Shown here: piece after piece, positions 13,653-27,033 of the stretch
Layout of the letters: each line of letters opens with the position of its first letter
How positions within the stretch are numbered: the stretch's first letter is position 1
DNA from: the human T2T-CHM13v2.0 reference genome, Homo sapiens
Assembly (NCBI RefSeq): GCF_009914755.1
Contig: NC_060938.1
Reading direction: 5' to 3' (one strand)
Length of the DNA: 64,000 bases
Position numbers and translations under genes: made by a program
The notes under the pieces: generated by a model
The model's input: the letters and a program-made list of their open reading frames with translations, nothing else
The model's database searches: none
What the model was told of the DNA's origin: nothing

Positions 13653-15139
13653 TCTTAAGAACAGGAGGAAATAAAATCACTCCAGTGAACACAGAAGGCT
13701 TGGGGTTGACTCAGAACCTTGCCCCTGTGCACACCGTCTAACAGTACATCACAATTTCTTGTTCCTAACGTTGAATGTGCACACAGGATTCAGATACGTG
13801 GCTGGCACTGACTTTCTTTACTTGAGTCAAGGTCAAGTAAGGTTTTCATCGTTGGCTGAGCTCTGGGATTTAAAACCAGTTCTATCCCAGGCCAAGTGGG
13901 TTTCTGTTGTTCCTGCTTATCCCCTGTCCTCCAGGAGAACACATGCTGCCCTTGCTTCCATATTTTCTCAGAAATTCGTCCCCAGCATCACTAATGGATT
14001 CATATCCAGCTCTTGCACTCACGGGTTGAAAAACTTGGTACCCCTGTGTATTTTAAGCAGCTACCTGATGAGTACCTATGTTGAAATAGGTTTCTGTGGT
14101 CGAAATTCTCAGAAAAGTCCCACAAGATGGGCATAAATGAAGAAACTAGCTCAGCAGGCTTAGGTGGCTCTCCCAAAGTAACACAGATAAGTGAGTTGGC
14201 AGAGAGGATTCCAGCCCAGGACAGTCTGCCCTTAGGTTGTGCTGTGATCTCTATTCTGTTTTATGTGGAGTGAGTTTAATGTATCTGCATTAACGAGATC
14301 CAGGGACAAAAATATAACAAAATTCAAGGAATGTGAAGCAATGTCCTATAGAAGGAGGACAGTTCACTATCAGTGTGAGCCAACACACTCAGCTCTTGGC
14401 AGTTTTCAGACAGTTGCAAAGAAATACTTAGCCTGAGGCTTCTTCGTGCCCATAAACCTAATTAAGGGTACTAGAGATTCTGATTGGCAAGAGCTAGGGA
14501 CGGAGAGGCTGAGTGAGACTATACGTGTCCCTATGTTTCTGTATATAAAGACAGAAAGAGGGAGTTTGAGAGAGCGAATGAGTTAAATCCTAAGTAGACC
14601 TGGAAAACTATCATTTTGCCAGGACTGGACTTAAGCAAAACAGCAGAGCAAAGTTCAGAGTTAAGCCAGAACTTTGCCTTGAACCTCAGGCCCATTGAGC
14701 CGTCTGCTCCAACAGGGCCAAATCAGCATCCAATACTCCCCTTCAAGTTGTATCTGTCCCGTGTCTCGGTGTTTCTGGTTTCTGTTATTTGGTAGGTCAC
14801 AATTAATTATACAGGGTTAACAAAAATAGATTAACATAATGTACTTGCCGAATAGTGTTTCTTTGGGAGAAAATGACTTAACTCACCTAAAATATCTCCA
14901 GGCATAAAAGATATTAATGTTGGGAATATCAGGAGTGATTAACCTCTGAGAGAGGTTGAAGGGAAGCAAAATTGGACAGGAAGGATAGGAGGAATGGAGA
15001 TAGGGGATTTCGGGTGGGGAGAGCCTCTTAGAGTCTTTTATTTCAGACCTTACTCTGTGCCTTTCCATAGGGCCAAGTCTGATCATCCTCTTTTTATGGT
15101 CTGAATATCTTTGAGCCCTTCAGAAACTTTCAAATTAGT

Positions 15140-15360
15140 AATATACATGATTAATATTTTTGACACTTACATGTTAGGAACTAGACATTATTTCAGTAAT
15201 CCTCAGAGGAGCCTTGAGTGGTAGATGCTATCATTCTTCCCCCTTTCTTTTAAATAATGAAATAGAGGTTTAGGAAGACCCAAAGCTAGTTGATGTCAGA
15301 GCCAAGATCCAAAGCCCATGTGTGGTTATAAAGCCGTGTTCTTACCACTATATTATGCTG
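15140..15360 (-). mobile_element. MIR
   Basis: AATCCTCAGAGGAGCCTTGAG...GCCAAGATCCAAAGCCCATG. Confidence 0.6.
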
Positions 15361-15524
15361 TAAGAATAAAGGGACAAACCTCAAAATAAAAGCTCTCACT
15401 ATCAGTAACACAGCAAAAAACAATTATTCATTCAATAATGAGCAGGATGAATAAAAACAGACAAACCTCATCACATGAAGTTGAACTTCAGAGAATAGTC
15501 GAATAAAAAGTTCCTTCAAACTTA

Positions 15525-15912
<388 letters not shown>

Positions 15913-16209
15913 TCATTTGGTCAACAACAACTTGTCTTAGTGAAAGTTGGTTTTAAAACTGGCAGAACTGACCAGTGTCAAATCCTTACTTCAGCCCATC
16001 AGGGATGGAGTTTCCAGTAAACATCTCTCTGAGTGCCAGCCAATCAAAGAATCAATTACAGCCTCAGCTGAGCACCCACGTGCTGTCAACCCACGTGTGC
16101 CTCTGAACATCTCACAACCACAGAGCTCCATGCTTTCAAAGCCCTCTAAGCCATCAGCCATCTGTCCTGCTCACAGACACTGTTTGGCCAGCATAGCTCT
16201 CTTCTGTGA

Positions 16210-16640
16210 TGAGCAATGTATTCAGCCTTGGAGTTCGGTGTCAGATACTAAGTGGTGATCTCATTGTTATTTGAAAAAACAAGCACACATCAGTATGTAT
16301 GTAGTGTATGGCTACAGAGACAATAGCACAGGTAAGAGGTTGGGTAGGGCAGGTGCTAGGGGGGGCTACTTTGGATGGGAAGCTCAGGAGAGCCTCTTTG
16401 TGGGTGCAAGGTTTATGAAGAGACCTATATGATTTGAGAAGAGTCCAGACATTCACAGATCTAGGCCTGGGGCTTCCAAAAAGAAGGAAAGGTCTTAAGG
16501 TAGGAGAGGATGCCTGCGTGTCTGGGGAAGGAGTAGAAGAGGAGGCTGGAGAGGAAATGGGCGGAGGCTGATCCTTCAGGGCCTTGTGGGTCATGGCATG
16601 GTCAGGATTTGGGATTTTGCTTCAAGTCCAATGGGGAGGC
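16210..16640 (-). mobile_element. L2 fragment
   Basis: AGGAGGCTGGAGAGG...CAGGGCCTTGTGGGTCATGG...GATTTTGCTTCAAG. Confidence 0.55.
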
Positions 16641-16678
16641 CGGAAACAACCCAGGGAAGGACTATGTCCTCTGCTTTA

Positions 16679-16716
16679 AGAGAGAGAGAGAGAGAGTGTG
16701 TGTGTGCATGTGTGTA
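16679..16716. repeat. (GA)n(GT)n microsatellite
   Basis: Read directly. Confidence 0.9.
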
Positions 16717-19519
16717 TAATATACACTTGCACATATGTGCATATTGAAAGAAAGGGGATGGGGGCTTAGGGTCAGGAGTGCCTCTTAGAGTCTCTTACTT
16801 TATACCTTACTGTATATCTATAAATGCACATACATGCATATATACACACAAGTTTTGCAGTTAGGTTCAAAGATCCTGTAGATCTAGAAGAATGTCTATG
16901 ACATTGACAATGTGAGTCAGTACACCCTCCACTGTGTGCTACCAAATCTGCCCACCCTCTTCCACTGGGAGTCCCATAAATGAAGTGGTTTTACTACCCC
17001 TGTTGTAGCCCAGTGACAGATGATCAGTGATGTCAAAAGCGTGATTCTGGAGAGGTTGGTCACTTTGTTGCAAAGCTGCTGTATCATTTCAGGTACATAG
17101 TCTGGGAGGTACAGAGTCTAGGGTCAGAGTAGAGTCTCAAGCCATTGTGCATGCCTGCCCAAGACAGAGTGGAGTTGGTCTACTCCTGAATATATTAACC
17201 ATTTTTTCCCTTAGTCATTACATGTAAAGCTTCATGTCTGCATTTGTCAGTTATGATTTATCCGGATCACCTTTCTTACAGAAAGCGGTAGATGCCAACC
17301 AGAAGACTGGAATAGGCTTCCTTTTATCTCTTTTGCACAGTTGTGTCTTCGGTGAGATGACTTGACTCTCTGATGTTGAGAGTGTTTTTGTTAATTTTTG
17401 AAGCATGATCTCAGTTGGTTTAGGATATGAATGCCATACACACTCATTGTTTTCGTTTGGGGACTGCCGCTGTGCTGGGTGACTGCGTGTTTGTGCTGCT
17501 GGCCCTTGCTGACACTGATATTGGATTTACAAAGCCAACCTTGCAGTTTTTTGTGGGCAGGTAGGCTGCCTTTAATTTGTGGTTGCTTTGCCCTTCTGAA
17601 AACACGAACTTCTATCTGGTTGGAAGTCATTTTCTTTTTCATCAATCTCAACTACTGAACCTATTTCTTCAGGCACATCTCCAGACTGCCTTGGATATTT
17701 CGAGGATATGTTCTGCGTGTTCACATTTGAACTGCAGCTTGGTTTGCAGACACCCTCTCCTTAGATTGGCAGCTGTTTGTGGAATTCCTGAGTACCAATT
17801 ACATCCAGTAGCAGGAAATAAAAGACAAACAAGGAACTAGTAGAGCTCAAGGTATTCTTTCATCCTTCCTCCTTCTTAGCTAATACATCTTACAGTTAGC
17901 TCTGAAAGGAGAATTTATTTAAACATACTAAACACTGTGCATAGTGACTCTTACATCTTTTCTGGTAATAGCATGCTAATGCTATACTTCAAAGTGCAGT
18001 GAATAAGCCCTGTAGAGAAATATCCTCATGGTATGGTTTCAAAGGACAGGCATCCTTCTGGAACATATTGTTATCTTAGGTTTTTGTTTTAAATGTCAGC
18101 ACATGGAGACCTTATTCTAAGGCTGCGTCTGTGCTCCGCTAGTGAGTATGGAAGGCTTAGGTGATTCATGGTGGGAAGTTGAAGTAACTAGAGAAGACTT
18201 GGTGCTGTTTGGCTTTAGTGAAATTTTTAGAAGCTGTAGTTGAAAAACCAACACAGATTGGCCCTCTGTTTGTTGCTTTTGGCTGTCTAGGGACTGCAAA
18301 GTAAAAAATGACATTTTCTTGATGTCTTTCTGACAGTTTCTCACCTGTAGGTCAAGTCCTAATTGAAATATGACATAAATATTTGGCGTCATAAAAGCAG
18401 AATCTCCATAACACATTAGGTGATTTCTAGAGTAATGCTCACTTTTATTGTTTGGGTTCCATTGATGAGTTAGGCAGGGTTATATTTTAAGAATTTTCTT
18501 ACATCAGGAAGAGTCAACAGAGGATGGATAACATATTTTGAACGTGGACATTGCTTGTAAGTTGCAGGACACTTGTAAACACTATTGAGTGTCACCTATA
18601 GCAGGAACCAGTTTTTCTTTATCCCTCGTTCTGTGACAGCTACCTGGGTTCTATGTTGGAGCCCCGTAGTATAGTTTCAAATGCAATAGCCACTGCATAA
18701 TCCTTGTCACCCAAAGACTGCAGATCTTGACAGAACTTGTACAACAGTGGCCTTGCTGAGGAGTGATGTACATTTCTTTTGTCATTTGGCCACATAAGAA
18801 AACTGTAGCCATCACTGTATTTTGATGCATCAGACTCTGTGTCCTCTGAGTGTGATTCAGCTGTTGGATTTCTTGATTATGAAAGTATCTAGAGTACCTC
18901 ATGTTCAGTGATGTGAACTGCTATGAAAGTTTCCTCCGTGTATTCTGCTGGATTTCTTAAGTTATATCTTCACAGAGAGGGCTTGCCTCTTAAACAGTCT
19001 GCATCCAGCACCCATAAGTACTTTCCTTTGCTGCAGGAGCAGGAACTGAACCCAACTGTGGATGGAGTGGGAATGTGTGTTCTGATTCCTGCTAATTAGC
19101 GGTAGGATGTGATAAATATGTTCCAAAGCAATGCCTGGTAGAAGTGTTCCCCTACCTGCATGTGACAAGAAGCATTTTCCTCCCTTCATTTGGATAGAGG
19201 AAGGGCTTTGGATAAGGAAAAAAAATAAAGAAGATCTTGGACCTTAAGCTGGAGACAGGAAGGTCAAGTGCTTTATTTTTTCTGTGATGAGAACCAGCTC
19301 ATTTGAGAACTGAAGGTGAATACTGACTGTCATATTTAATAAGTAGTGATGGAATTTGCATTTCTTCCTTGAGGTCAGTAGTCTGCTTTCATAGATAGAA
19401 CAGGAGTTTAAATTCTGAGCAAAATATGCAATCTTTTCTCTTTCTTTGATTCTTATCCTGTCAATTATCTCGTCATTCTACAGAGGACTAAAAGGTAAAG
19501 AGTTCTAAGATCTTCGCAT

Positions 19520-19920
19520 TGTCTGGGAAGAAGTGGAAATGTTAATATTAGTCTTTAATAAGTTATTAATGACACATATTATAATTGTTAGGGTAACTCC
19601 TAAAAGGATAGTGAAGAGCATATAACTTCCATATTAATGGTTAAAGATGTGCCAAACAATAGCAACAAAGGAGGAGGAAAATTTGAACATTGGGATAAAA
19701 GCACTGCACACAGTGGTAGATGTAAACACAAATATTTCAGCAATTACATTACATATAAATGGACTAAATGATGCAATTAAAAGATAAAGACATGGATGAA
19801 AAAACTTTTCAGGAGGCATATTTAAAAGATAAGGAAATAAAAGTTTGAAAAAATAAAAGGATAGAAAAATATTATGCAAATACTAAAGGAAAGCAGCTGT
19901 AGGTTGGCTGGTATCAGTGT
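19520..19920 (+). mobile_element. Old L1M fragment (inter-ORF region / ORF2 start)
   Basis: CAATTACATTACATATAAATGGACTAAATGATGCAATTAAAAGA matches the start of the L1 endonuclease. Confidence 0.7.
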
Positions 19921-20929
19921 TGATCATATCATGGACATGGTTGATTATGGTATGAGTTTGTGCCTTATGTTGTAAGTATTCACAATCAGAGTTTCTTATA
20001 GTTAGAAAAAATTAGATGATCAAATTATAAATTACTAGAAAGATTTCATAATTGTTAAGGTGTAGGCTTTTTACTGCACCTGGAGAGGCCTTTCAGCCAT
20101 GATGTGAATTATGTACCATTATGTAAGATAAGTGGAGCGTAAATGCTTTGTTCAAACAATTATAATGTAATTGGAAACTTCTTGTGTTAACAATATCATT
20201 ATCTTAAAGGTGAAAGGGGTGGGAAGAATGTGGTAGAAATCAAGTTCCCTGGGGAATAGGCTTTACAGCCAAAAGTAAAGTCATTTTTTCCTGACCAGTG
20301 ACTTAGCTTAAAACAGGTCAATGATATTCTTTAAATAAAGCAATATTTAATTGGATTCATTTGCAGCTGATGTGGATTCTGGGGCTTGATAGCACTTACA
20401 TATTAAGCTGGAAATCTAGAAATAAGAACTTTAGCAACAATTTTTTTTTTTTTTTTTAGGATTTGAGATTAGTTATTAATAACACAGGATGCAAGACTCT
20501 TAGGTTGTAGTTGTGGGTAAGCATAAATATATACTGAATAGATTCAGACATTGGCCAAGTAGACTCAGTTTTTTTCAGGAGATCATGTTCATTCAAAGGG
20601 ATAATTTCTTCTTTCTGAAAAACTTCTATTTTGAAAATATTAAATGATAGAATTCCCCCTGAAATTTTTTATTGTGCTGTTTAAGGAATGGTATTTTACC
20701 CATTAGTGATAATCCATGAATGCATGCTATGAATGGATACTTAGGAAACATTTCCTGCATGTCCATGGAAAGATAATTATTTTTAATATTTGTATGGACT
20801 GTTAGGCTTTTTTCTGTGAATAAGATGTTTTTAATGTAGAGGTGTACTTATAGAGTATACGATTTTTATTGTATTCTTTTAAATGGACTATTTAATATAA
20901 TTGACATATTTCCCATGGAGTAAAAACAC

Positions 20930-21287
20930 TATTTACATGCTTGTGGTAACATAACTCCTCAAATCTTAGTGACTTAAGACAACAAAGGTTTATTACATGG
21001 ATAATGTAGATCAACAGGAAACTGCTCATTGGAATTGAAGACTCCATGCTGACACTGATGGGAGGCTCCATCCATGCACAGGCACTCACAGTCACCAAAG
21101 CAGCATAGGAAAATATGGTAATCCTTGCACTGGCTGTTAAAGCCTTTCTAGAAGAGAAATAACACTTGCTTATATTTCATTGACCAAAGCAAGTCATGTG
21201 GCCATGCTAACTTCAAAGAAGGTGGGCAAGCGCAATCCTGTATGTCCAGGACTGGACTATTAGGGAACAGCCTAATTGACTACTCCA
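20930..21287 (-). mobile_element. Old MLT1 (J/K/L-like) MaLR LTR
   Basis: AAATCTTAGTGACTTAAGACAAC...CATTGACCAAAGCAAGTCATGTGGCC. Confidence 0.7.
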
Positions 21288-22411
21288 GATTGCTACTGAC
21301 AACACTTTTTTAAATGATTGGGATAATACTCCAATAAATGCCTATGCCATAGTTTACAGAGTTAGCCCATTTTAATGTTTGCAGTGCCAATAGTTTATTA
21401 ATAATGCTGAAATGGACATTTTGGTATAGTCACCATTCCTCCACACTGCTCCTTTTCTGGGGTACTTAAACTAATCCTAGATTAAGTCTCCTGTTGTATA
21501 GTTTAATGGACTGCTGTATGTCTACTTTGTAGCACTTATTTTCTACCAACACGCTATAAATTTCATATAGAGACCACACCTTTTTTTCAGTGCTGTGTCT
21601 GCTAACCGTTACATAATAGATATTAAATAAACATTAATGAAGGAATGAATTAATTGGGGAAGTGGGAAGGGTAAATTGGTAAAACTACTATTAAGGCTTT
21701 TTCTATATGTTTCCAAATTGCTTTCCAAAAGAATTATAGCAAATTCACATGTGAGTCAGCAGTGGTTTATCAGTTTACCACCCATTGCCACCACTGGTTA
21801 TTTTCCTTTGCTAAATGGAAAGTCAAAATAAATAATATCTCGATATTTTTAGCACTGTAATTGGCATATCTTTGATTATCAATAAGACTGGGTATTTTTC
21901 ATACATTTGGTTTTTGTTATTGTGATAAAAACATAACAAAAGTTACCATAGTAACCATTTTTTAAGTGTACAGTAAAATATAACTATGTGTACATTGTTG
22001 TGCCACAGATCTCTGGAAACCTCATTTTGCAAACCTGAAACTCTTTAACCATTGAACAGTAACTTGTCTTCACCCTCCTCCAACACTTGGCACCCACCAT
22101 TCTACTTTTTATTTCTAAAATTTCGACTACTTAAGAATACCTCATGCAGTATTCGTTTTTTTGTGACTGGTTAATGTTACTTAGCATAATGTTCTCAAGG
22201 TTCATCTGTATTGTAGCTTATTGCCAGATTTCCTTCTTTTTAAGGCTGAATAATATTTTATTGCATATATATATGTATATCAAATTTTAAAATCTGTTAA
22301 TCCATTGACATTTAGGTTACTTCTACGAACTTGGCTATTGTGAATAATGCTGTAATATACATGGTGTGCACTTATCTCTTCATGATTCTATTTTTGATTC
22401 TTTTGAATATA

Positions 22412-23195
22412 CAGATGCTTGACTTACAGTTACGTCCTGATAAAACCCATCATCAGTTGAAACTATCATAAGGTGAAAATGCATTCAATACAACTAACCA
22501 ATTAAGCACAATAGCTTAGCCTAGCCTACCTTAAACATGCTAAGAACACTTACATTAGTCTATGGTTGGGCAAAATCTTCCAATACAAAGTCAATTTTAT
22601 AGCAAAGTGTTAAAATTGTCATATAATTTATTAAATACTGTACCAATAGTAAAAAACAAAATGGTTGCATTGGTGGGTTTTTGATGTTGGTTATCATGAC
22701 AAGGTCTCTCACTCTGCCACCCAGGCTGGAATGCAGTGGTGTGATCACAGCTTGCTGCAGCCTCAATCCCCTGGGCTCAGGTAATCCTCCTACCTCAACC
22801 TCCCGAGTAGCTGGGACTACAGGCATGAGCCACCATGTCTGGCTATTTTTTTTTATTATTTGTAGAGATGGGGTCTCACTATGTTGCCCCAGCTGGTCTG
22901 GAACTCCTGGGCTCAAGTGGTCCTCTTGCCTTAGCCTCTCAAAGTGCTGGGATTACAGGCATGAGTCAGTGTGCTCGGCTGATGCTTTGGTTATTTACCC
23001 TCATGATCATGTGGCTGACTGGAAATGGTGGCTCTTTGCCACTGCCCCGAATCATAAGCGAGTATGTTACTGTATATTGCTAGCCTGGGAAAAGATCAAA
23101 ATTTAAAGCATGGTTTCTGCTGAATACATATCACATTCACACCATCGTAAAGTTGAAAATAGTAAGTCAAACTGTTGTATGTTGAGGACTGTCTG
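22412..23195. mobile_element. MER47/Tigger5-derived MITE
   Basis: CAGATGCTTGACTTAC...GAGGACTGTCTG flanked by TA; internal TAGCTTAGCCTAGCCTACCTTAAAC. Confidence 0.88.
22697..22980 (-). mobile_element. AluJ with no visible tail, inside MER47
   Basis: AluJ diagnostics GGGCTCAGG and CTCACTATGTTGCCC. Confidence 0.92.
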
Positions 23196-24292
23196 TATAT
23201 CTAAGGGCAGGATTGCTGGATAATATGGCAATTCTACTTTTACTTTTTTTCAGAACTGCTGTCCTGTTTTCCACAGCAGCTGCATGGTTTTATATTCTCC
23301 CCAGCAGTGTACAAGGGTTCCAGTTTCTTCACCTCTTCACCAACACTTGGTATTTTCTGTTTTGTTTTTTGTTTTTGTTTGGTTTTGATAGTGGCCATCC
23401 TAACAGGCATGAAGTGATTATGGTTTTTGATTAGCGTTTTCTTGATGTTTAGTCATGTTGAATATATTTTCATGATGCTCGTTAGCCATTTATAGTATAT
23501 CTTCTTTACATAGATGTCTCTATTCTTCAAGTCCTTTGCCCAATTTTAAGATTGGTTTATTTGTTTTGCTGTGTGAAGAGAGATAATTTTACTCCAATTT
23601 GGATGCCATTTATTTATTGCCTAATTGCTTGGGTTAGGACTTCTAGTACTATGTTGACGAGAAGTGGCAGGAGTGGGCCTCTGTCTTGTTTCTGAACTTA
23701 AAGGAAAAGCTTTCAGTTTTTCACCATTAAGTTTGATGTTAGCTGTGGGATTTTCATATATGGTCTCTGTTATCTTGAGGTAATTTCTTTCTATTAATGA
23801 AATTTTTTGTGTGTTTTTGTCATGAAAGGGTATTGAATTCTTTTCAGTGCTTTTTTTTTTTGGCACCAATTCAATCATGTGGTTTTTAGCCCCTTATTAA
23901 TGTGGTATATCACATTGATTGATTTTTGCATGTTGAGCCATCCTATCATTCCAGGAATATATCCCACTTGGTCATGATGTATAATTACTTTAATGTGCTA
24001 TTGAATTTGGTTTGCTAGTATTTTGTTACGAATGTTTGCATCAGTATTTATCAGGGATCCTTGTGGTTTTCTTGTAGTATCTTTGTCTGCTTTTGGTATC
24101 AGAGTAATGCTGGCCTCAAAAAAATGAGTTTGAAAATTTTCCATCTTTTTCAATTTTTTTGTAAGAGTTTGAGAAGAAGTGGTGCCAATTCTTCTTTAAA
24201 TGTTTGATATAATTCTCCAGTGAAACCATCTGGTCCGGGGCTTTTCTATATTGGGAGGTTTTTGATTACTTACTTAGTTTCCTTTCTAGTTA

Positions 24293-24626
24293 CCATATTC
24301 CCCTATTATCTGAGAGTTCACTTTCTGCAGTTTCAGGTACTGGCAGTCAACTGCAATCTGAAAATATTAAATGGAAAATTGCGGAACTAAACAATAAGCT
24401 TTAAATTGCGTGTCATTCTGAGTAGCATGATAAAATCTCCCACTGTCCCATTTCATCCCACCCAGAACTTAAATCATCCCTTTGTCCAGCATTTCTACGT
24501 ATACACTACTCCCCCATTACTGTATAGGAAAATACGTGGCATATAGAGGGCTCAGTACTATTCAGGGTTTCAGGCATTCACTGGGGGCCTTGGAATGTAT
24601 TCCCCATGTATAAGGGGGAACTGCTA
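24293..24626. mobile_element. MER44A (Tigger7-derived) MITE
   Basis: GAAAATATTAAATGGAAAATT...TTCTGAGTAGCATGATAAAATCTC...TAAGGGGGAACTG. Confidence 0.85.
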
Positions 24627-25652
24627 TATTGCTATGTTCAGATTGTTTATTACTTTATGATTCAGTCTTGGTAGATGGTATGTTTGTAGGAATTTATTCC
24701 TTTTAGATTATCCAATTTACTGGCATATGCTTATTCATAGCAATATATTATAATCCTTTTTATTTGGACATCAGGTATAATATCTCCTCTTTCATTTTGA
24801 TTTTTGTTATTTGAATCCTCTCTATATTTAGTCTAAGGATTTATCAATTCTATTGGTCTTTAAAAAAACTCAATTTTTGCTGTTTTTTTCTATTATTTTT
24901 CTATTCTCTAATTTGTTTATTTTTACTCTAGTCTTTATTATTTCCCTCTTTCTCGCAACTTTGGGTTTAGTTTGTTTTTCTAGTTCCTTGAGGTGTAAAG
25001 TTAGGTTGTTAATTTCTTTCTTCCTTGTTAACGTAGGTATTTACTGCTATAAAATTCCTTCCTAGTATTGCTTTTGCTGCATCCTATATGTTTTGCAATG
25101 TGAATCTCAATTGATAGAGGTTTATTTAGCCAAAGTTTGAGGACATGCCCAAGAAAAACATGGGTCACAGTAGCATTTGTGCCCTGTGCTTTTCCAAAGA
25201 GCATTTTGGGAACTTCAGTATTTAAAGGGGAAATAGCAAAAATGAGGCTCTGATTAGTGCTCAGCACATCTACATTTTATTTATTTGTTTTAACTTCTTA
25301 AAATTTTACTTTTTAAATAAACATACGGTAAAATTGACGTTGTATGTGAGTACAGTTCTATGAATTTTGACACATGTATACATTTATGTAACCACTGCCA
25401 TAATGAGAATACAAAACAGTTCCGTCACCCCAGAGAACTCCCTCATGTCATCCTTTTGTAGTCAATATCCCTAGTCCCACCCGTAACACTAACCTTTAGC
25501 AAGCACTACCCTGTTACCCATCACCAAAGTTTTGTCTTTTCCTCAAGGTCACATAAATGAAATCCTACCGTATATAATCTTTTGAGACTGGCGTCTTTCA
25601 CTCTGCATAATGCCTCGAAGACTCATCCAAGTTGTTGCATGTAAACGTAGTC

Positions 25653-25692
<40 letters not shown>

Positions 25693-25762
25693 GGCTGAGC
25701 AGAATTCCACTGTGTGAACATAACCTGTTTTGTTTTGTTTTGTTTTGTTTTGTTTTGTTTTT
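25653..25762. repeat. (TTA)n and (TTTTG)n microsatellites
   Basis: Read directly. Confidence 0.9.
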
Positions 25763-26415
25763 CACCCATTGTAGAGCATTTGGCTGTTTCCAGTTTTTGA
25801 TAATTAAGAATTAAGCTTCTATAATCATTTTTATACAGGTTTTGGGGAACAGATATGTTTTCATATTGTAATGCTTAGGTAATTCCTAGAAGTAAGGTTG
25901 CTGAGTCAACCGGTAGATGTGCCTGTAACTTTATGAGAAACTGCCACACTGTTTGCCAGAGTATTTTCAAATTTCAGCCATTCTAATATGTGTATAGGGT
26001 ATTTTATCCTGATTTTAATCTACATTTTTCAAATGGCCAATGATGCTGAACATCTTTTCATGTGCTTATTTGCCGACCCTACGTCCCCTTTGGTGAAGTG
26101 TCTGTTCAGGTCTTTTGCTCATTTTAAAAATTGGACTGCTTGTTCTCTCAATATTGAGTTTTGAGGGTCCTTAATATATTCTGAGTGCAAGTATTTTGCT
26201 GGATATGTGATCTGTAAATATTTTCTCCCAGTCTGTAGTTTGCCTTTTTATTCTTTTAACAGTGTCTTTCTAAAAACAAGGTTTTAATTATGATGGTGTG
26301 ATTTATTTTTTCTGTTATAGATCATGATTTACCCCTTTAGTTATAAAAATTTTATAATTTTATATTTTACATTTAAATGTGTAACTTAGTTTGAGTTAAT
26401 TTTGGTATAAGGTAT

Positions 26416-27033
26416 TGAGAGGTGTAGCCAGCTGGGCTTCTGGGTCAGGTGGGGACTTGGAGAACTTTCCTGTGTCTAGCTGAAGGATTGTAAATACACC
26501 AATCAGCACTCTGTAAAAACACACCAATCAGCGCTTTGTGTCTAGCTAAAAGATTGTAAATGCACTAATCAGCACTCTGTAAAGACGTACCAATCAGTGC
26601 TTTATGTCTAGCTAAAGGATTGTAAATGCACCAATCAGCACTCTGTAAAATGGACCAATCAGCAGGACATAGATGGGGCCAAATAAGGGAATAAAAGCTG
26701 GCCACCCAAGCCAGCAGCAGCAACCTGCTCGGGTCCCTTCCATCCACACTGTGGAAGCTTTGTTCTTTCACTCTTCACAATAAATCTTGCTGCTGCTCAC
26801 TCTTTGGGTCCGCACCACCTTTAAGAGCTGTAACACTCACTGCGAAGGTCTGCGGCTTCATTATTGAAATCAGCGAGGCCGTGAACTCACCAGAAGGAAG
26901 AAACTCTGGATACATCTGAAGGAACAAACTCCGGACACACCATCTTTAAGAGCTGTAACACTCACCACGAAGGTCCCAATTCTTGAAGTCAGTGAGACCA
27001 AGAACCTACCAGAAGGAACCAACTCCAGACACA
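26416..27033 (+). mobile_element. LTR12-family (ERV9) solo LTR
   Basis: TGAGAGG...GACACA, tandem CCAATCAGC units, 4-bp TSD GTAT (26412-26415 / 27034-27037). Confidence 0.95.

Noticed and set aside
23621-23878. Reverse-transcriptase-like peptide
   Set aside because: Frameshifted remnant of L1 ORF2
26470-26665. CRISPR-like spaced repeats
   Set aside because: These are the intrinsic CCAAT tandem units of LTR12 in primate DNA
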